This document shows positions 26,287 through 35,645 of a DNA stretch of 64,000 nucleotides, one piece after another (the first letter of the stretch is position 1; the number at the start of each line of letters is the position of its first letter). Location: the IMG/VR virus record IMGVR_UViG_3300037296_000055, positions 1-64,000 of that record. One strand, given 5' to 3'. This DNA comes from a virus. Both the position numbers and the translations under genes were made by a program. The notes beneath the pieces are model-generated. The model saw only the letters and a program-made list of their open reading frames with translations. It was not told where the DNA came from and searched no databases.

Positions 26287-27642
26287 ATGCCCACCGTAGA
26301 ACTTCACCGAGCTCAGTCAGAGATTGTCTATGACATGTTCGGACCCAATCCTGAGTGGACCCTCCGCTACGGCGTTGTTGTTGGCTCACGAGGGTTGGGG
26401 AAGTCCTACGTTGCGGCAACCTCAGCTGTCATGGCCATCGCAGAGCTGGAAACCCTCCCCTCTTCTGTTCCCAATAAAAACATCAGCTTGATTTGTGGGT
26501 CAAACCAACAGGTTGCTGACGTTTATCTTCCTCTTTTCAACTTCGTCTACGGACTAGACCACCCACGACGCTGTGTCAAGCACACGACAGCCCTTGGCCA
26601 GGTCCGCTGGACTTTCAAGAACGGCACCACGCTCTCCCTACGCTCGGCAGAAGTCGCTGAACGGATGCGGGGCACAGGCCAGTACATGGTGATCCTTGAC
26701 GAGATGCCCACCTGGGAACTCAAAGGCTCTAACCACGAGACGGTCTGGGAGTCGATCATCAACCCCACAATCACCACCCGTTGGTCCCCTGAACAAGCCA
26801 CCGCTGTTGGAGCTCCTAGCCCCGGTCGCGCTCTGTTCATCGCCTCGCCCCTCGGCAAGGACTACTTCTACGAGCTCTCCATGAACACTATCGTGGATCC
26901 TCGCTGGAAGACCCGTCAGTATACCTATCGCGACTCTCCTCTGCTGTCCCAGAAGACTATCGAGGAAGAGAAGAAATCCATGGACCCCATGCGGTTCGCC
27001 CGAGAGTACGAGGCCTCCTTCGAAGAGTCTGGTGCTCGTGTCTACCATTCGTTCGATCGTGTTATGCATGTTGAGAAAGACTTGGCCCCCTTCGGAGAGA
27101 CCGAGACTGTCCATGCCGCTATCGACTTCAACGTTCTGAAGAACTGCACAAGCTTCCATGCCATCCGTGGTGGCCAAATTCACACACTGGAAGAGTCCAT
27201 TGGTACAGCAAATACTCAAGAGCTTGCGGAGCTTATCCGTCGTCGCTTTCCTAAGAACAAGATCATCTGTTACCCTGACCCCTCAGGAGTTGCAAGAAAG
27301 ACTTCCGCTGTGGTTGGAGTCACCGACTTTAGTATCCTACGACAGGCAGGCTTCGAAGTTCTAGCAAAGTCTAAGGCCCCTGGTATTACCGACTCTGCCA
27401 ACGCTGTGAACAGGATGTTCCTGAACGCTGCTGGAGAGACCAACTGGTATGTCGCTCCTGTCTGCACCCACTTCATCAAGTCTCTGGAACGTACTGTGTG
27501 GCTAGAGAGCCGCCCTGACTCGGCCATCATTGACAAGTCTCTGGACGTGGAACACTTCGGCGACGGTGCTCGCTACTTCGCTGAGTACATGTTCCCCGTA
27601 AACTCCTATCGTACAGCAACCAAGAGAGGCTTTGTGTTCTGA
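26287..27642 (+). CDS. terminase large subunit
   Basis: Walker A GSRGLGKS, Walker B VILDE, nuclease IDFN, YPDPSG, EHFGDGARY. Confidence 0.95.
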   Translation: MPTVELHRAQSEIVYDMFGPNPEWTLRYGVVVGSRGLGKSYVAATSAVMAIAELETLPSSVPNKNISLICGSNQQVADVYLPLFNFVYGLDHPRRCVKHTTALGQVRWTFKNGTTLSLRSAEVAERMRGTGQYMVILDEMPTWELKGSNHETVWESIINPTITTRWSPEQATAVGAPSPGRALFIASPLGKDYFYELSMNTIVDPRWKTRQYTYRDSPLLSQKTIEEEKKSMDPMRFAREYEASFEESGARVYHSFDRVMHVEKDLAPFGETETVHAAIDFNVLKNCTSFHAIRGGQIHTLEESIGTANTQELAELIRRRFPKNKIICYPDPSGVARKTSAVVGVTDFSILRQAGFEVLAKSKAPGITDSANAVNRMFLNAAGETNWYVAPVCTHFIKSLERTVWLESRPDSAIIDKSLDVEHFGDGARYFAEYMFPVNSYRTATKRGFVF

Positions 27643-28520
27643 TGTCTATTTCCACCTATATGTTCTCGGCTCTGGCCGTCTCCGACCGCGCCTATATCGA
27701 CGGTAAGGATCCTAACGAGTCCTTCAACAGTAACCAGGAGTTCACGGTCCTGCCCAACGTCCGCGCCTTTGACGAGATCAAGTCAGCGGCAAGGAATGCA
27801 GGGGCGCTGCCCGTGTTCGGTCGTAGGGTCATGAAGCCTTACTCCACACAGCCTGAGCCCAGCATCGTCACCGTGACCATCAACCTTGACTCCTCACAGT
27901 GGCGCTACAACTCTGCCTTCGCAGGCCTCTGGACAGGAACCAACAGAGAGCGAGTATTCAAACTTGCCCTGTCTGATGTTCCGTTCGCCGATATCTCATC
28001 AGAGCTCTATGACGGTGATTACATCCTCTTCCGGGGTGTGCCTTCGGGCCACTCCATGCAGCTCTCCACCGCCGATGCTGCGACCGTAAAGCTTGAGATT
28101 GTTCTTACAGAAGAGCTGAGCCCTATCATCCGTAACCGGGTGGCTGAGGCTAACTCCGCTCTGTTCTCCCCCTTGGACATCAACTGGTTCTCCGGAGCCA
28201 CACCCGTCAACTGGACCTCCAACGGCACTCCTGTCCTCTGGTCCACAGGTATCGCCCTGTCAGGTACTCCGAGTATCGACTCCGATGGACGTTATCGCTT
28301 CACCGTACAGAACGTTCCGAGCACTGTGGCAGGTCGAACTGTTATTGCCAGGACCGGTGACTATATCCGTGTCTTCACAGGAGACGACCCCTCCGTCGGT
28401 ATCACAACCCGTGTGAACCAGAACGCAATCTTCTATGGTGGAAGTAACGCTGTGATCTTCGTGGATGACTATATCCCTAAAGCTGGCAACGTCTTCATAG
28501 GTTTCAACAGGAGCTACTAA
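27642..28520 (+). CDS. hypothetical, probably virion-associated protein
   Basis: Coupled to TerL; beta-strand-rich composition. Confidence 0.65.
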   Translation: MSISTYMFSALAVSDRAYIDGKDPNESFNSNQEFTVLPNVRAFDEIKSAARNAGALPVFGRRVMKPYSTQPEPSIVTVTINLDSSQWRYNSAFAGLWTGTNRERVFKLALSDVPFADISSELYDGDYILFRGVPSGHSMQLSTADAATVKLEIVLTEELSPIIRNRVAEANSALFSPLDINWFSGATPVNWTSNGTPVLWSTGIALSGTPSIDSDGRYRFTVQNVPSTVAGRTVIARTGDYIRVFTGDDPSVGITTRVNQNAIFYGGSNAVIFVDDYIPKAGNVFIGFNRSY

Positions 28521-28521
28521 C

Positions 28522-30975
28522 ATGCCAGCACCTATCTTTACGGACCCAAGCTACGCTTCTGGTAGCAACCTTGTCATGGGCTTGGGTTCCTTCAACACGG
28601 CTCTGAACAACACCCTGGAGAAAGTCTGGAAAGACATTCTTACCAAGGGTGTTCAGCACATCGAAAATACCAGCGGTAACACCTCCGGTTCGGCCTACAC
28701 AGGTACCACCGTTGAGACTGCCAACAACAACACTAACGGCGCTTTCTTCACCTGGACCTGTCCCGTAACAAGCGCCGGTGCAACCTCCATCACCATCAAC
28801 GGTAACTCTACCCGTAACCTCCGTTACTATGATGCAGGTAGCGGCTCCTCCAACACCAAGGCAGGCAGCCTCCTTGCAGGTCGCACTTACCTACTGCAGG
28901 TTCGGGGTAGCAGCAACTACTGGATCGTCTCTGAGAGCCTTTCTCTGAGCGAGTTCATGGAGAACCTCACCTACCGTCTTGTTGATGAGGGTGGTACGGC
29001 CTCCGCCTACACCGCCAACACAACCACCTCCACCAACACTGCAGGCTTTGTTCTTACCAACTACAGCACCTTCACCTGGGTCCCCACGCTCGACTGTCTG
29101 GCCAACGCCACCTTGAGCATCAACGGTACCACAGCCCTACCCCTGAACCGTGGCAACAACACCACCGTACAGGCAGGGGACCTCAAAGCAGGTCGTACCT
29201 ACGTGCTGCAGAAGCGTACTAACAACTACACTGTCATGAACTCCGGTCTCAACCAGGGTGACCTCGACATTATCACTGCTGCTGCAAACACTGCCTCCAC
29301 AGCTGCTGCTGCTGCTTCTGCCAAGGTTGACACTCTGCTGGTGCCTGGTACTTCCATGGGTGGCTTCTCTCTGCTGGAAGACGCTGCAGGAAACACTCTG
29401 CTTCGTAAGGACCCTGATGGTCTGAACTTCATTCCTAGCCAGCCCATGTCTGACCGGGTCGGTGTGAAGATAGGCACCTCGGACAAGACCCTCTCTGGCT
29501 TCCCCATGTTCACTGATGGTAACGGCAACATGCTGATGGTCAAGGACCCCACAGGTCTAGACTTCGTGCCTAGCGATACACTCCTGGGCCGTCTGGGCGC
29601 TGTGAGCTCTGCTGCTCCTGCCGGGGCCGCCTACTCTCGCACTGTCGGCAGCCTGTTCGTCTACGCCATCCGTAACGCCAAGAACCAACTGGAAGAGTTT
29701 GTCTCTAACGGTAACTACACCTTCTTCCGTAACGACACCTCCGAGGGTGAGACCCCCACGCCTGTCCTTGACATGATCACCGTACAGGGCCAGTCTCTGT
29801 CGGTCGGTGCTACCTGGACAAACACTGCTACTCCTGACACTATCGACATCGGTAACGAAGATGCCTACATTCTTGTGGGTCTGAAACGTGCGGATTCTCA
29901 GAACGTTGTTATTGACGTCCGTGGTGCCCTGTCCCAGCCTCTGCTCAAGACTGCTGATGCTACTGACATCGGACCTCTGGACTTCTCCGGTAACGGTGCT
30001 AACACCATCTCCTCCGTTGCGGCTCCTATGGCCGGATCCCTGAACCGTCACCGTAAGACTGCAGGGGCTCCTCGCAGCTCTGTCCTTACGATCTCTCATG
30101 GCTACTCAGGTGTTGCCTGGGACCTGATTGACTCGGATCCTGCAACGGGCCCCAGCTCTGACACTACCATCTGGGATAACACTGTGTACTGGACTCAGCA
30201 GGCCAAACGTATGGCCGGTATCCAATCCGCAAGCCTTGCCTGTCCTGCCCACGTCATGGTCCACGGTACCTCAGCAAAGAGCGTTTCCAGCCCGATCTAC
30301 TACAACTTCCTCACCAACTACATGACCGACTACCGGAACATGCTGCTCTCTGAGGGCATCCCTGGTGCTGCTCACCTCTACCTGACGCAGTCTTCTGGTG
30401 ATGCTAATACGGCTAACGATACTAACTGGGATGTTACCCAAGACCAGCTACGGTTCTGCCAGGAAAACAAGGCCACTCTGGCCACTCCTCTGTATCCGTA
30501 TCCTATCTGGGACAACAACGTTCACCCTGATGGTGAGACCACCTTACGGTTCTCCGAAGCCATTGCTAAGGCGATCGCTGAAGAAGCTGCTGGTCGTAAG
30601 TGGACAACTTTGGGCCCTCTGGGCTGGACCGTCCATGGTAACTCTGTGACCATCCAACTGGATCGTCGTCTTGATGAGAACCTGGTGGCTCACGCCTCAA
30701 GCAAGTACGCTGGCGCTGGCATCAGCAACATCGGCTTCGAAGCGACCGGTGCTACCATCTCCTCTGTGGACGTGTTCACTGACCGTGTCCGCCTGAACTG
30801 CTCGGCTGTGCCAACAACCATCAGCTATGCCATGCAGGTACAGGACATGACAGGTGTTTCCGGAAACCAGTACACCGCTCACCGTGGTCTGCTCCGCTCC
30901 AGCTACTCATGGAAATCCCTCTATGATGGCAACCTGATCTACCGTTGGGTTCCAAGCTTCAAAATCACCCTGTAA
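28522..30975 (+). CDS. tail spike/fibre with C-terminal SGNH-type esterase domain
   Basis: Duplicated N-terminal fibre-head domain; GQSLSVG, HGTS and DNNVHP motifs. Confidence 0.75.
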   Translation: MPAPIFTDPSYASGSNLVMGLGSFNTALNNTLEKVWKDILTKGVQHIENTSGNTSGSAYTGTTVETANNNTNGAFFTWTCPVTSAGATSITINGNSTRNLRYYDAGSGSSNTKAGSLLAGRTYLLQVRGSSNYWIVSESLSLSEFMENLTYRLVDEGGTASAYTANTTTSTNTAGFVLTNYSTFTWVPTLDCLANATLSINGTTALPLNRGNNTTVQAGDLKAGRTYVLQKRTNNYTVMNSGLNQGDLDIITAAANTASTAAAAASAKVDTLLVPGTSMGGFSLLEDAAGNTLLRKDPDGLNFIPSQPMSDRVGVKIGTSDKTLSGFPMFTDGNGNMLMVKDPTGLDFVPSDTLLGRLGAVSSAAPAGAAYSRTVGSLFVYAIRNAKNQLEEFVSNGNYTFFRNDTSEGETPTPVLDMITVQGQSLSVGATWTNTATPDTIDIGNEDAYILVGLKRADSQNVVIDVRGALSQPLLKTADATDIGPLDFSGNGANTISSVAAPMAGSLNRHRKTAGAPRSSVLTISHGYSGVAWDLIDSDPATGPSSDTTIWDNTVYWTQQAKRMAGIQSASLACPAHVMVHGTSAKSVSSPIYYNFLTNYMTDYRNMLLSEGIPGAAHLYLTQSSGDANTANDTNWDVTQDQLRFCQENKATLATPLYPYPIWDNNVHPDGETTLRFSEAIAKAIAEEAAGRKWTTLGPLGWTVHGNSVTIQLDRRLDENLVAHASSKYAGAGISNIGFEATGATISSVDVFTDRVRLNCSAVPTTISYAMQVQDMTGVSGNQYTAHRGLLRSSYSWKSLYDGNLIYRWVPSFKITL

Positions 30976-30986
30976 GGAACTACAAC

Positions 30987-31694
30987 ATGCCTCTTAAATT
31001 CCAATTTGCTGAGAACTCTGGGCTGGGCAACCTCGGCCCGAGCACCTCCATCAAGACGACCCTTGCCGGTCTCACTGGCTTCCAAAGCTTCTTCGTTGTC
31101 GGGGAGGGCGAGACCCTCAGTGGTAGCGCCGTTTCCTCCTGGGTAGCTGCTGAAGGTACAGGGGCCTTTGCGGCTCCTAGCACAGTACGTCGCCCTATCA
31201 AGGCTGCACGGGACGGTCTCTCCACCCACCGCTATGACGGTACCATGGTGCAGTCGCTGTCCGGAGTCACTCTGGGAACCAAGACCAACTACACTGTTGG
31301 CATGCGGTTCTACTCCAACGAGTATACCGAAGACGTTCAGATCATCTGTGGTCAGGACACCGCGGCCCCGAACACCCGCATCTTGAGCCGCTTTGCTAAC
31401 GGTGCTCACCGCTTCGAGTCTGATACGGCTCAGGTGCCTGTGGACAACCGTAACGGCTGGCGCACTATGCTATGGTGTATTTCCGGTGGTACTGCGAAGC
31501 TGAGCATCGATGGCTCTCCCTTCGCCACCCAGGCCGTTGCAAGCTTCAACTTCCCTGACTTCCATATCGGTAACGCCCGCCTCTCCGCAGGTGATGCCAA
31601 GATCGACATCCGCTCTGTTCTCCTGATGAACTCTGACGTGTCGTTGGTCCCCGCAAACCTTGCCATCGCCAAGCGCGCTCTTGACGTTGCATAA
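30987..31694 (+). CDS. ConA/LamG-like beta-sandwich protein (spike accessory)
   Basis: GWRTMLW...AKLSIDG...FHIGN pattern. Confidence 0.55.
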   Translation: MPLKFQFAENSGLGNLGPSTSIKTTLAGLTGFQSFFVVGEGETLSGSAVSSWVAAEGTGAFAAPSTVRRPIKAARDGLSTHRYDGTMVQSLSGVTLGTKTNYTVGMRFYSNEYTEDVQIICGQDTAAPNTRILSRFANGAHRFESDTAQVPVDNRNGWRTMLWCISGGTAKLSIDGSPFATQAVASFNFPDFHIGNARLSAGDAKIDIRSVLLMNSDVSLVPANLAIAKRALDVA

Positions 31695-31711
31695 CCCTAA
31701 GGACTATTCTC

Positions 31712-31975
31712 ATGTCTCTACCATCAGACTACTACTCCTCAGGGGGCATCAGTGCTCCCGCCTCCACAGTACTGGCCGTAACGCCCTCTGACACTGTCTC
31801 ATTCGAGAACGTTGCTGTTACCCTGTACATCACAGGTGGTGGGGCTCTACACTTCATCACTCTGTCCGGCTCTGAGGCCACCGTCACCGTCCCTGACAAT
31901 TGTTTCTGGCCCGTTCGGGTCTCGCAGGTCCTGGCCACTGGCACAACCGCAACCGGCATCTTTGCCCTAGTCTAA
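31712..31975 (+). CDS. head-spike base protein, RcGTA Rcc01079-like
   Basis: SAPA..LAVTPSD...LYITGGG...PVRVSQVLATGTTATGIFAL. Confidence 0.82.
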   Translation: MSLPSDYYSSGGISAPASTVLAVTPSDTVSFENVAVTLYITGGGALHFITLSGSEATVTVPDNCFWPVRVSQVLATGTTATGIFALV

Positions 31976-31985
31976 GGAGAGCGAC

Positions 31986-33287
31986 ATGAAACTCGGATTA
32001 GGCCTAGCCCTCACGGCTCAACGTCTGAACCTACGGCGGCTTGTCCCTGTCGATGTCCCTCCCGCCGAGGCACCTGCCGTTGTTACTCCTCTGAGCACCA
32101 GCTCTAGCTCTGCTCTGGTAGGCCAGACCCTTACCGTCACTACTGGGGAGTACAGCGGCGAGCCCGCACCTGGCTTCCGCACTTACCAGTGGTACCGTGA
32201 TGGGGTCACTCCTATCGACAATACCGACAGTACGACCTACACCGTTATCGAAGCGGACAATGGCCATGGTATCAGTGTTACGGAGACGGCCTCTAACCCC
32301 TCAGGTGCTGTAACTTCAAGTCTTGCCTACTGGACCGGTGGTGTTGCCCAAGGGCTCACTGCCATGTCCCCTCCTACTATTGTAGGGACTCCCTCTGTCA
32401 CCCTCTCAGGTACCACAGCGACGCTCAGTGCGGTCTCGACAACCGGCTGGCCAAAGCCTCGCTTGTCCTATGTCTGGAAGAAAGACGGAGTGTCCATTGA
32501 TGGTGAGTTCGGCACGACCCTTACTACCACGGGGGCCGGAGTCTACACAGTAGTCGTCACAGCTCTTTCCCTCGGAACCTCTGTGAACAAGACCTCTAAC
32601 TCTGTGACCTACGTTGCTGCTCCTGCCTATCAGATCCTTGAGTTCAACCCCACAACATCCAACACCTTCACTGATGATGCGGGTACCGTGGCCGCCTCCA
32701 CAGGCGCTGCCATTGCTGTTGCCAAGGGCGACGGTGGTAAGACTTTCCGCCAGACCCTCGCGTCACGCCGACCTACGCTCTCCGGAACCAACGCTATCAA
32801 GTTCCAGAACAGCACTTCTCAGCTGCTGGAGTCTACGGACCCGGCAATCCTGGGTCTCCATGGCAGCTTCACCAAACCTTTCGAGGTTGAGCTGGTCATC
32901 AACTTCCAGGCCATCAATCTGAACACTGCAATGATCAACTGGGGACTATCGAGCTCTAACACACCGTGGTTCAACTTTACGCTGAACTCGTCTAACGCTC
33001 TTGTGACCTCCGTCCGCAACGACGCGTCTTCTTCCACCACGCTGTCCGCAGGCCTCTTTGAGCCTACCCTGAACACGGACTATAACGTGCGCTCTCGTTG
33101 GGTAAGTGGTGTCTGGACAACCTGGATCAACGGCAACATGCTGAACTCTCCTGTGGACTCCTCATCTCTGATTGCTCCCACGACAACCGACCGGTTCAAC
33201 ATCAACGGTCGCTATCTCGGATCTAGCAACCTGTCACAGCAAGGTAACTTCACGCTGAAGTCCTTGATCCTCCGTGATCTATCGTAA
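31986..33287 (+). CDS. head-spike fibre (Rcc01080-like N-terminus, Ig-like and lectin-like domains)
   Basis: N-terminus MKLGLGLAL; YQWYRDG and YVWKKDG Ig motifs; LamG-like C-terminus. Confidence 0.72.
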   Translation: MKLGLGLALTAQRLNLRRLVPVDVPPAEAPAVVTPLSTSSSSALVGQTLTVTTGEYSGEPAPGFRTYQWYRDGVTPIDNTDSTTYTVIEADNGHGISVTETASNPSGAVTSSLAYWTGGVAQGLTAMSPPTIVGTPSVTLSGTTATLSAVSTTGWPKPRLSYVWKKDGVSIDGEFGTTLTTTGAGVYTVVVTALSLGTSVNKTSNSVTYVAAPAYQILEFNPTTSNTFTDDAGTVAASTGAAIAVAKGDGGKTFRQTLASRRPTLSGTNAIKFQNSTSQLLESTDPAILGLHGSFTKPFEVELVINFQAINLNTAMINWGLSSSNTPWFNFTLNSSNALVTSVRNDASSSTTLSAGLFEPTLNTDYNVRSRWVSGVWTTWINGNMLNSPVDSSSLIAPTTTDRFNINGRYLGSSNLSQQGNFTLKSLILRDLS

Positions 33288-33297
33288 GGAACCTATC

Positions 33298-33909
33298 ATG
33301 CAATACGATCTTGATCTGGAAGAAACACATCGCCACACACCTGACGTAGGGCCACCACCGGTCCCTTCGGTGATCACGACTATTGTATCAGTGGACGAGG
33401 GGCTCTCTATAGAAGAGGGCTCCCAGCCACCTATCATACGGGTCCATAGCGGCCACCCTCACCAAGTCCACCACAACCCTATCGTCCTCAACCTACTTGA
33501 GCAAGGACGTGGCCTAGAATGGCTCACCTCGTTCGTTCTTCTATGGTTTGCTATTAGCCTCTGGGTTCCTGGTAATACCTTCGACTCTGTCAACTATAGT
33601 ACCTTCCAATCGATGGGTATTCACGAGACCATCATGGCCATACCCCTCGCAGCTGTTGCGTTCATGCGGATGGTCGGATTACACATCAATGGGCGCTGGA
33701 AGCGTTCCCCTATGCTACGGATGATAGGTGCTATCGCTGGTGCTGGTGCCTTTGCCATGCTTGGTTCCGCCTTCCTTGGACCCTACGTTGCCGGTCTCAG
33801 TCCACTATCCACAGGCCCTGGGGTTTACTTCCTACTCGCGCTCTCTGATACACTTGCAGCTTACAGGAGCGGAACCGATGTTCGAATGGCTAAGTCAGGC
33901 CACGAGTGA
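33298..33909 (+). CDS. multi-pass membrane protein, lysis cassette
   Basis: About 4 hydrophobic segments; upstream of endolysin. Confidence 0.65.
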   Translation: MQYDLDLEETHRHTPDVGPPPVPSVITTIVSVDEGLSIEEGSQPPIIRVHSGHPHQVHHNPIVLNLLEQGRGLEWLTSFVLLWFAISLWVPGNTFDSVNYSTFQSMGIHETIMAIPLAAVAFMRMVGLHINGRWKRSPMLRMIGAIAGAGAFAMLGSAFLGPYVAGLSPLSTGPGVYFLLALSDTLAAYRSGTDVRMAKSGHE

Positions 33910-34147
33910 AGATTGGGTTATCCTTGGTAGTTTTATTGGTACTGTTCTTGCTGCGGCCATAGTGGCTGCTCAAGGCATGCTCAAAGGTAAGGCTCCCCAG
34001 AAAGCAGTTCTACAGACTACGGTTGACAACTACTGCGGTGCGGATAAACTGGTCGCTCTCATTCGTGAGGACCTGAAAGAAATCAAACAAGATCTCGACA
34101 GGCTAGATGAACGCGTCATCAGGCTGGACGAGAGGACAAGGAAATAA
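33878..34147 (+). CDS. single-TM coiled-coil protein (holin/antiholin candidate)
   Basis: Start MFEWLS after AGGAG; TM followed by a heptad tail. Confidence 0.6.
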   Translation: MFEWLSQATSEDWVILGSFIGTVLAAAIVAAQGMLKGKAPQKAVLQTTVDNYCGADKLVALIREDLKEIKQDLDRLDERVIRLDERTRK

Positions 34148-34148
34148 C

Positions 34149-34793
34149 ATGCAAACTACTTCTGACCGAGGCATCGTTCAACTAGTCGGTCTGGAAGGGA
34201 TTGTGCCTGCCCCCTACCTTGACTCCAAGAACATTTGGACTTTCGGTATCGGACACACAGTGAACGCTGGTGGTCTCGATCCTGCCAAGATGCCCCGTGG
34301 TAACCCCACAGACCTAAGCTATGCCCTGAGCACCGCTATCCAAGTATTTGACACAGATCTCCAGAGCTATGAAGAACGAGTACGCTCTGCCCTGAAGGTC
34401 CCCGTGGCCCAGCATCAGTTCGATGCCCTGGTCAGCTTCGACTTCAACACGGGCGGTATCTTCCGGGCCAACCTTACTAAGCTCCTCAATGCCGGAGCCT
34501 CCACCGATGCTGTTGCTGATGCCTTCTATGGCTGGCTCGTACCCCCTGAGATCCGTTCCCGGCGGACTGCTGAGGCTGAGCTCTTCCGTACAGGTACCTA
34601 CCAGAACCGCACCAACATTCCAGTATACGGCGTCAATACTGCAGGAAAGCTGTTGGGGGCAACCTCCACAGTGAGTGCCACGCAACTCCTTGCTATCCTT
34701 CAAAAAAATAACTCCGTGACCAGTCCCTCCAACTTTACCTCCAAGGAGACTCTCGAATGGTCAAAGATTTTCCCGTGCCTTTTCCCAAGCTAA
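34149..34793 (+). CDS. endolysin, GH24 phage lysozyme
   Basis: E-x8-D-x5-T triad LEGIVPAPYLDSKNIWTFGIGHT; QFDALVSFDFN; RRTAE. Confidence 0.93.
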   Translation: MQTTSDRGIVQLVGLEGIVPAPYLDSKNIWTFGIGHTVNAGGLDPAKMPRGNPTDLSYALSTAIQVFDTDLQSYEERVRSALKVPVAQHQFDALVSFDFNTGGIFRANLTKLLNAGASTDAVADAFYGWLVPPEIRSRRTAEAELFRTGTYQNRTNIPVYGVNTAGKLLGATSTVSATQLLAILQKNNSVTSPSNFTSKETLEWSKIFPCLFPS

Positions 34794-35005
34794 AGGGCTG
34801 GCGCACCCGCATCTTCAACATCACTATCGGTCTCGTCACCGTTGGCGTGTCGGTGGTCGGTGCCCTACAAGACAACATCTCCTACCTAGATCTAACTCCA
34901 AATACGCGAAACATGCTGCTGATCGGCATTGTCGTCTTTCAGACTATCGGCAACGTAATCCTACGTGAATTCACAGATAGCGCTCCAGGAACAAATGGTA
35001 AATAA
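34757..35005 (+). CDS. putative holin
   Basis: LKGWRT followed by two TM segments; overlaps the endolysin end. Confidence 0.65.
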   Translation: MVKDFPVPFPKLKGWRTRIFNITIGLVTVGVSVVGALQDNISYLDLTPNTRNMLLIGIVVFQTIGNVILREFTDSAPGTNGK

Positions 35006-35639
35006 ACCGTATAGCTACGTCAAGCCAAAGAACCAAACTCAGATCGATCTCGTTGAGTCGTTGAAAACCAATCCCGTAACCGTTGTACGAGGACCTGCCG
35101 GTACAGGCAAGACCTTCATGTCAATGGCCACTTACGTTGAGATGCTGCTTTCTTCCAATGAGTTCCGTCAACTTGTGTTCTGCCGCCCAAACGAACCTAC
35201 CGGACGAAGCTTAGGCTCCTTCCCAGGCACCCCTGATGAGAAGCTTGAGCTCTGGCTTAAACCTCTCACAGCTAACCTTGTGGAGCTTCTGCCCAGCACA
35301 GAGATCACGCGTCTTCGTACGCAGGGTCGACTTGCTTACCAACCTCTTGAAACAATCCGTGGTATGAGCTTTGAGTACAGTCTGCTCCTTGTGGACGAAG
35401 CCCAGAACCTTACCAAGCATGAACTTATTGCCATCGTAACCCGTCTGGGTGAAGGCTCCCGTCTCGTCATCCTCGGTGACCCGGATCAGTCCGACCGTCA
35501 TCAATCAGGTTTGGAGTGGTTAGCCGACTTCTGCAAACACCATAACCTGTCCAGTGGAAACATCGAGTTCGGTCTTGATGATATTGTCCGCTCCGACTTT
35601 GTTGGACAATTCCTCCGAGCCCTTGCCAAGAAAGAGTAA
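34995..35639 (+). CDS. phoH: PhoH-family ATPase
   Basis: GPAGTGKT, LGSFPG, IRGMSF, DEAQN, GDPDQSD, DIVRS. Confidence 0.95.
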   Translation: MVNKPYSYVKPKNQTQIDLVESLKTNPVTVVRGPAGTGKTFMSMATYVEMLLSSNEFRQLVFCRPNEPTGRSLGSFPGTPDEKLELWLKPLTANLVELLPSTEITRLRTQGRLAYQPLETIRGMSFEYSLLLVDEAQNLTKHELIAIVTRLGEGSRLVILGDPDQSDRHQSGLEWLADFCKHHNLSSGNIEFGLDDIVRSDFVGQFLRALAKKE

Positions 35640-35645
35640 ACCCTC

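Noticed and set aside
27642-28520. Paralogy to the distal tail protein at 53924-54499
   Set aside because: Only short similarities (ESFNSNQ vs VSFESEQ; GDYIRV vs GRFIKF), too weak without a profile search
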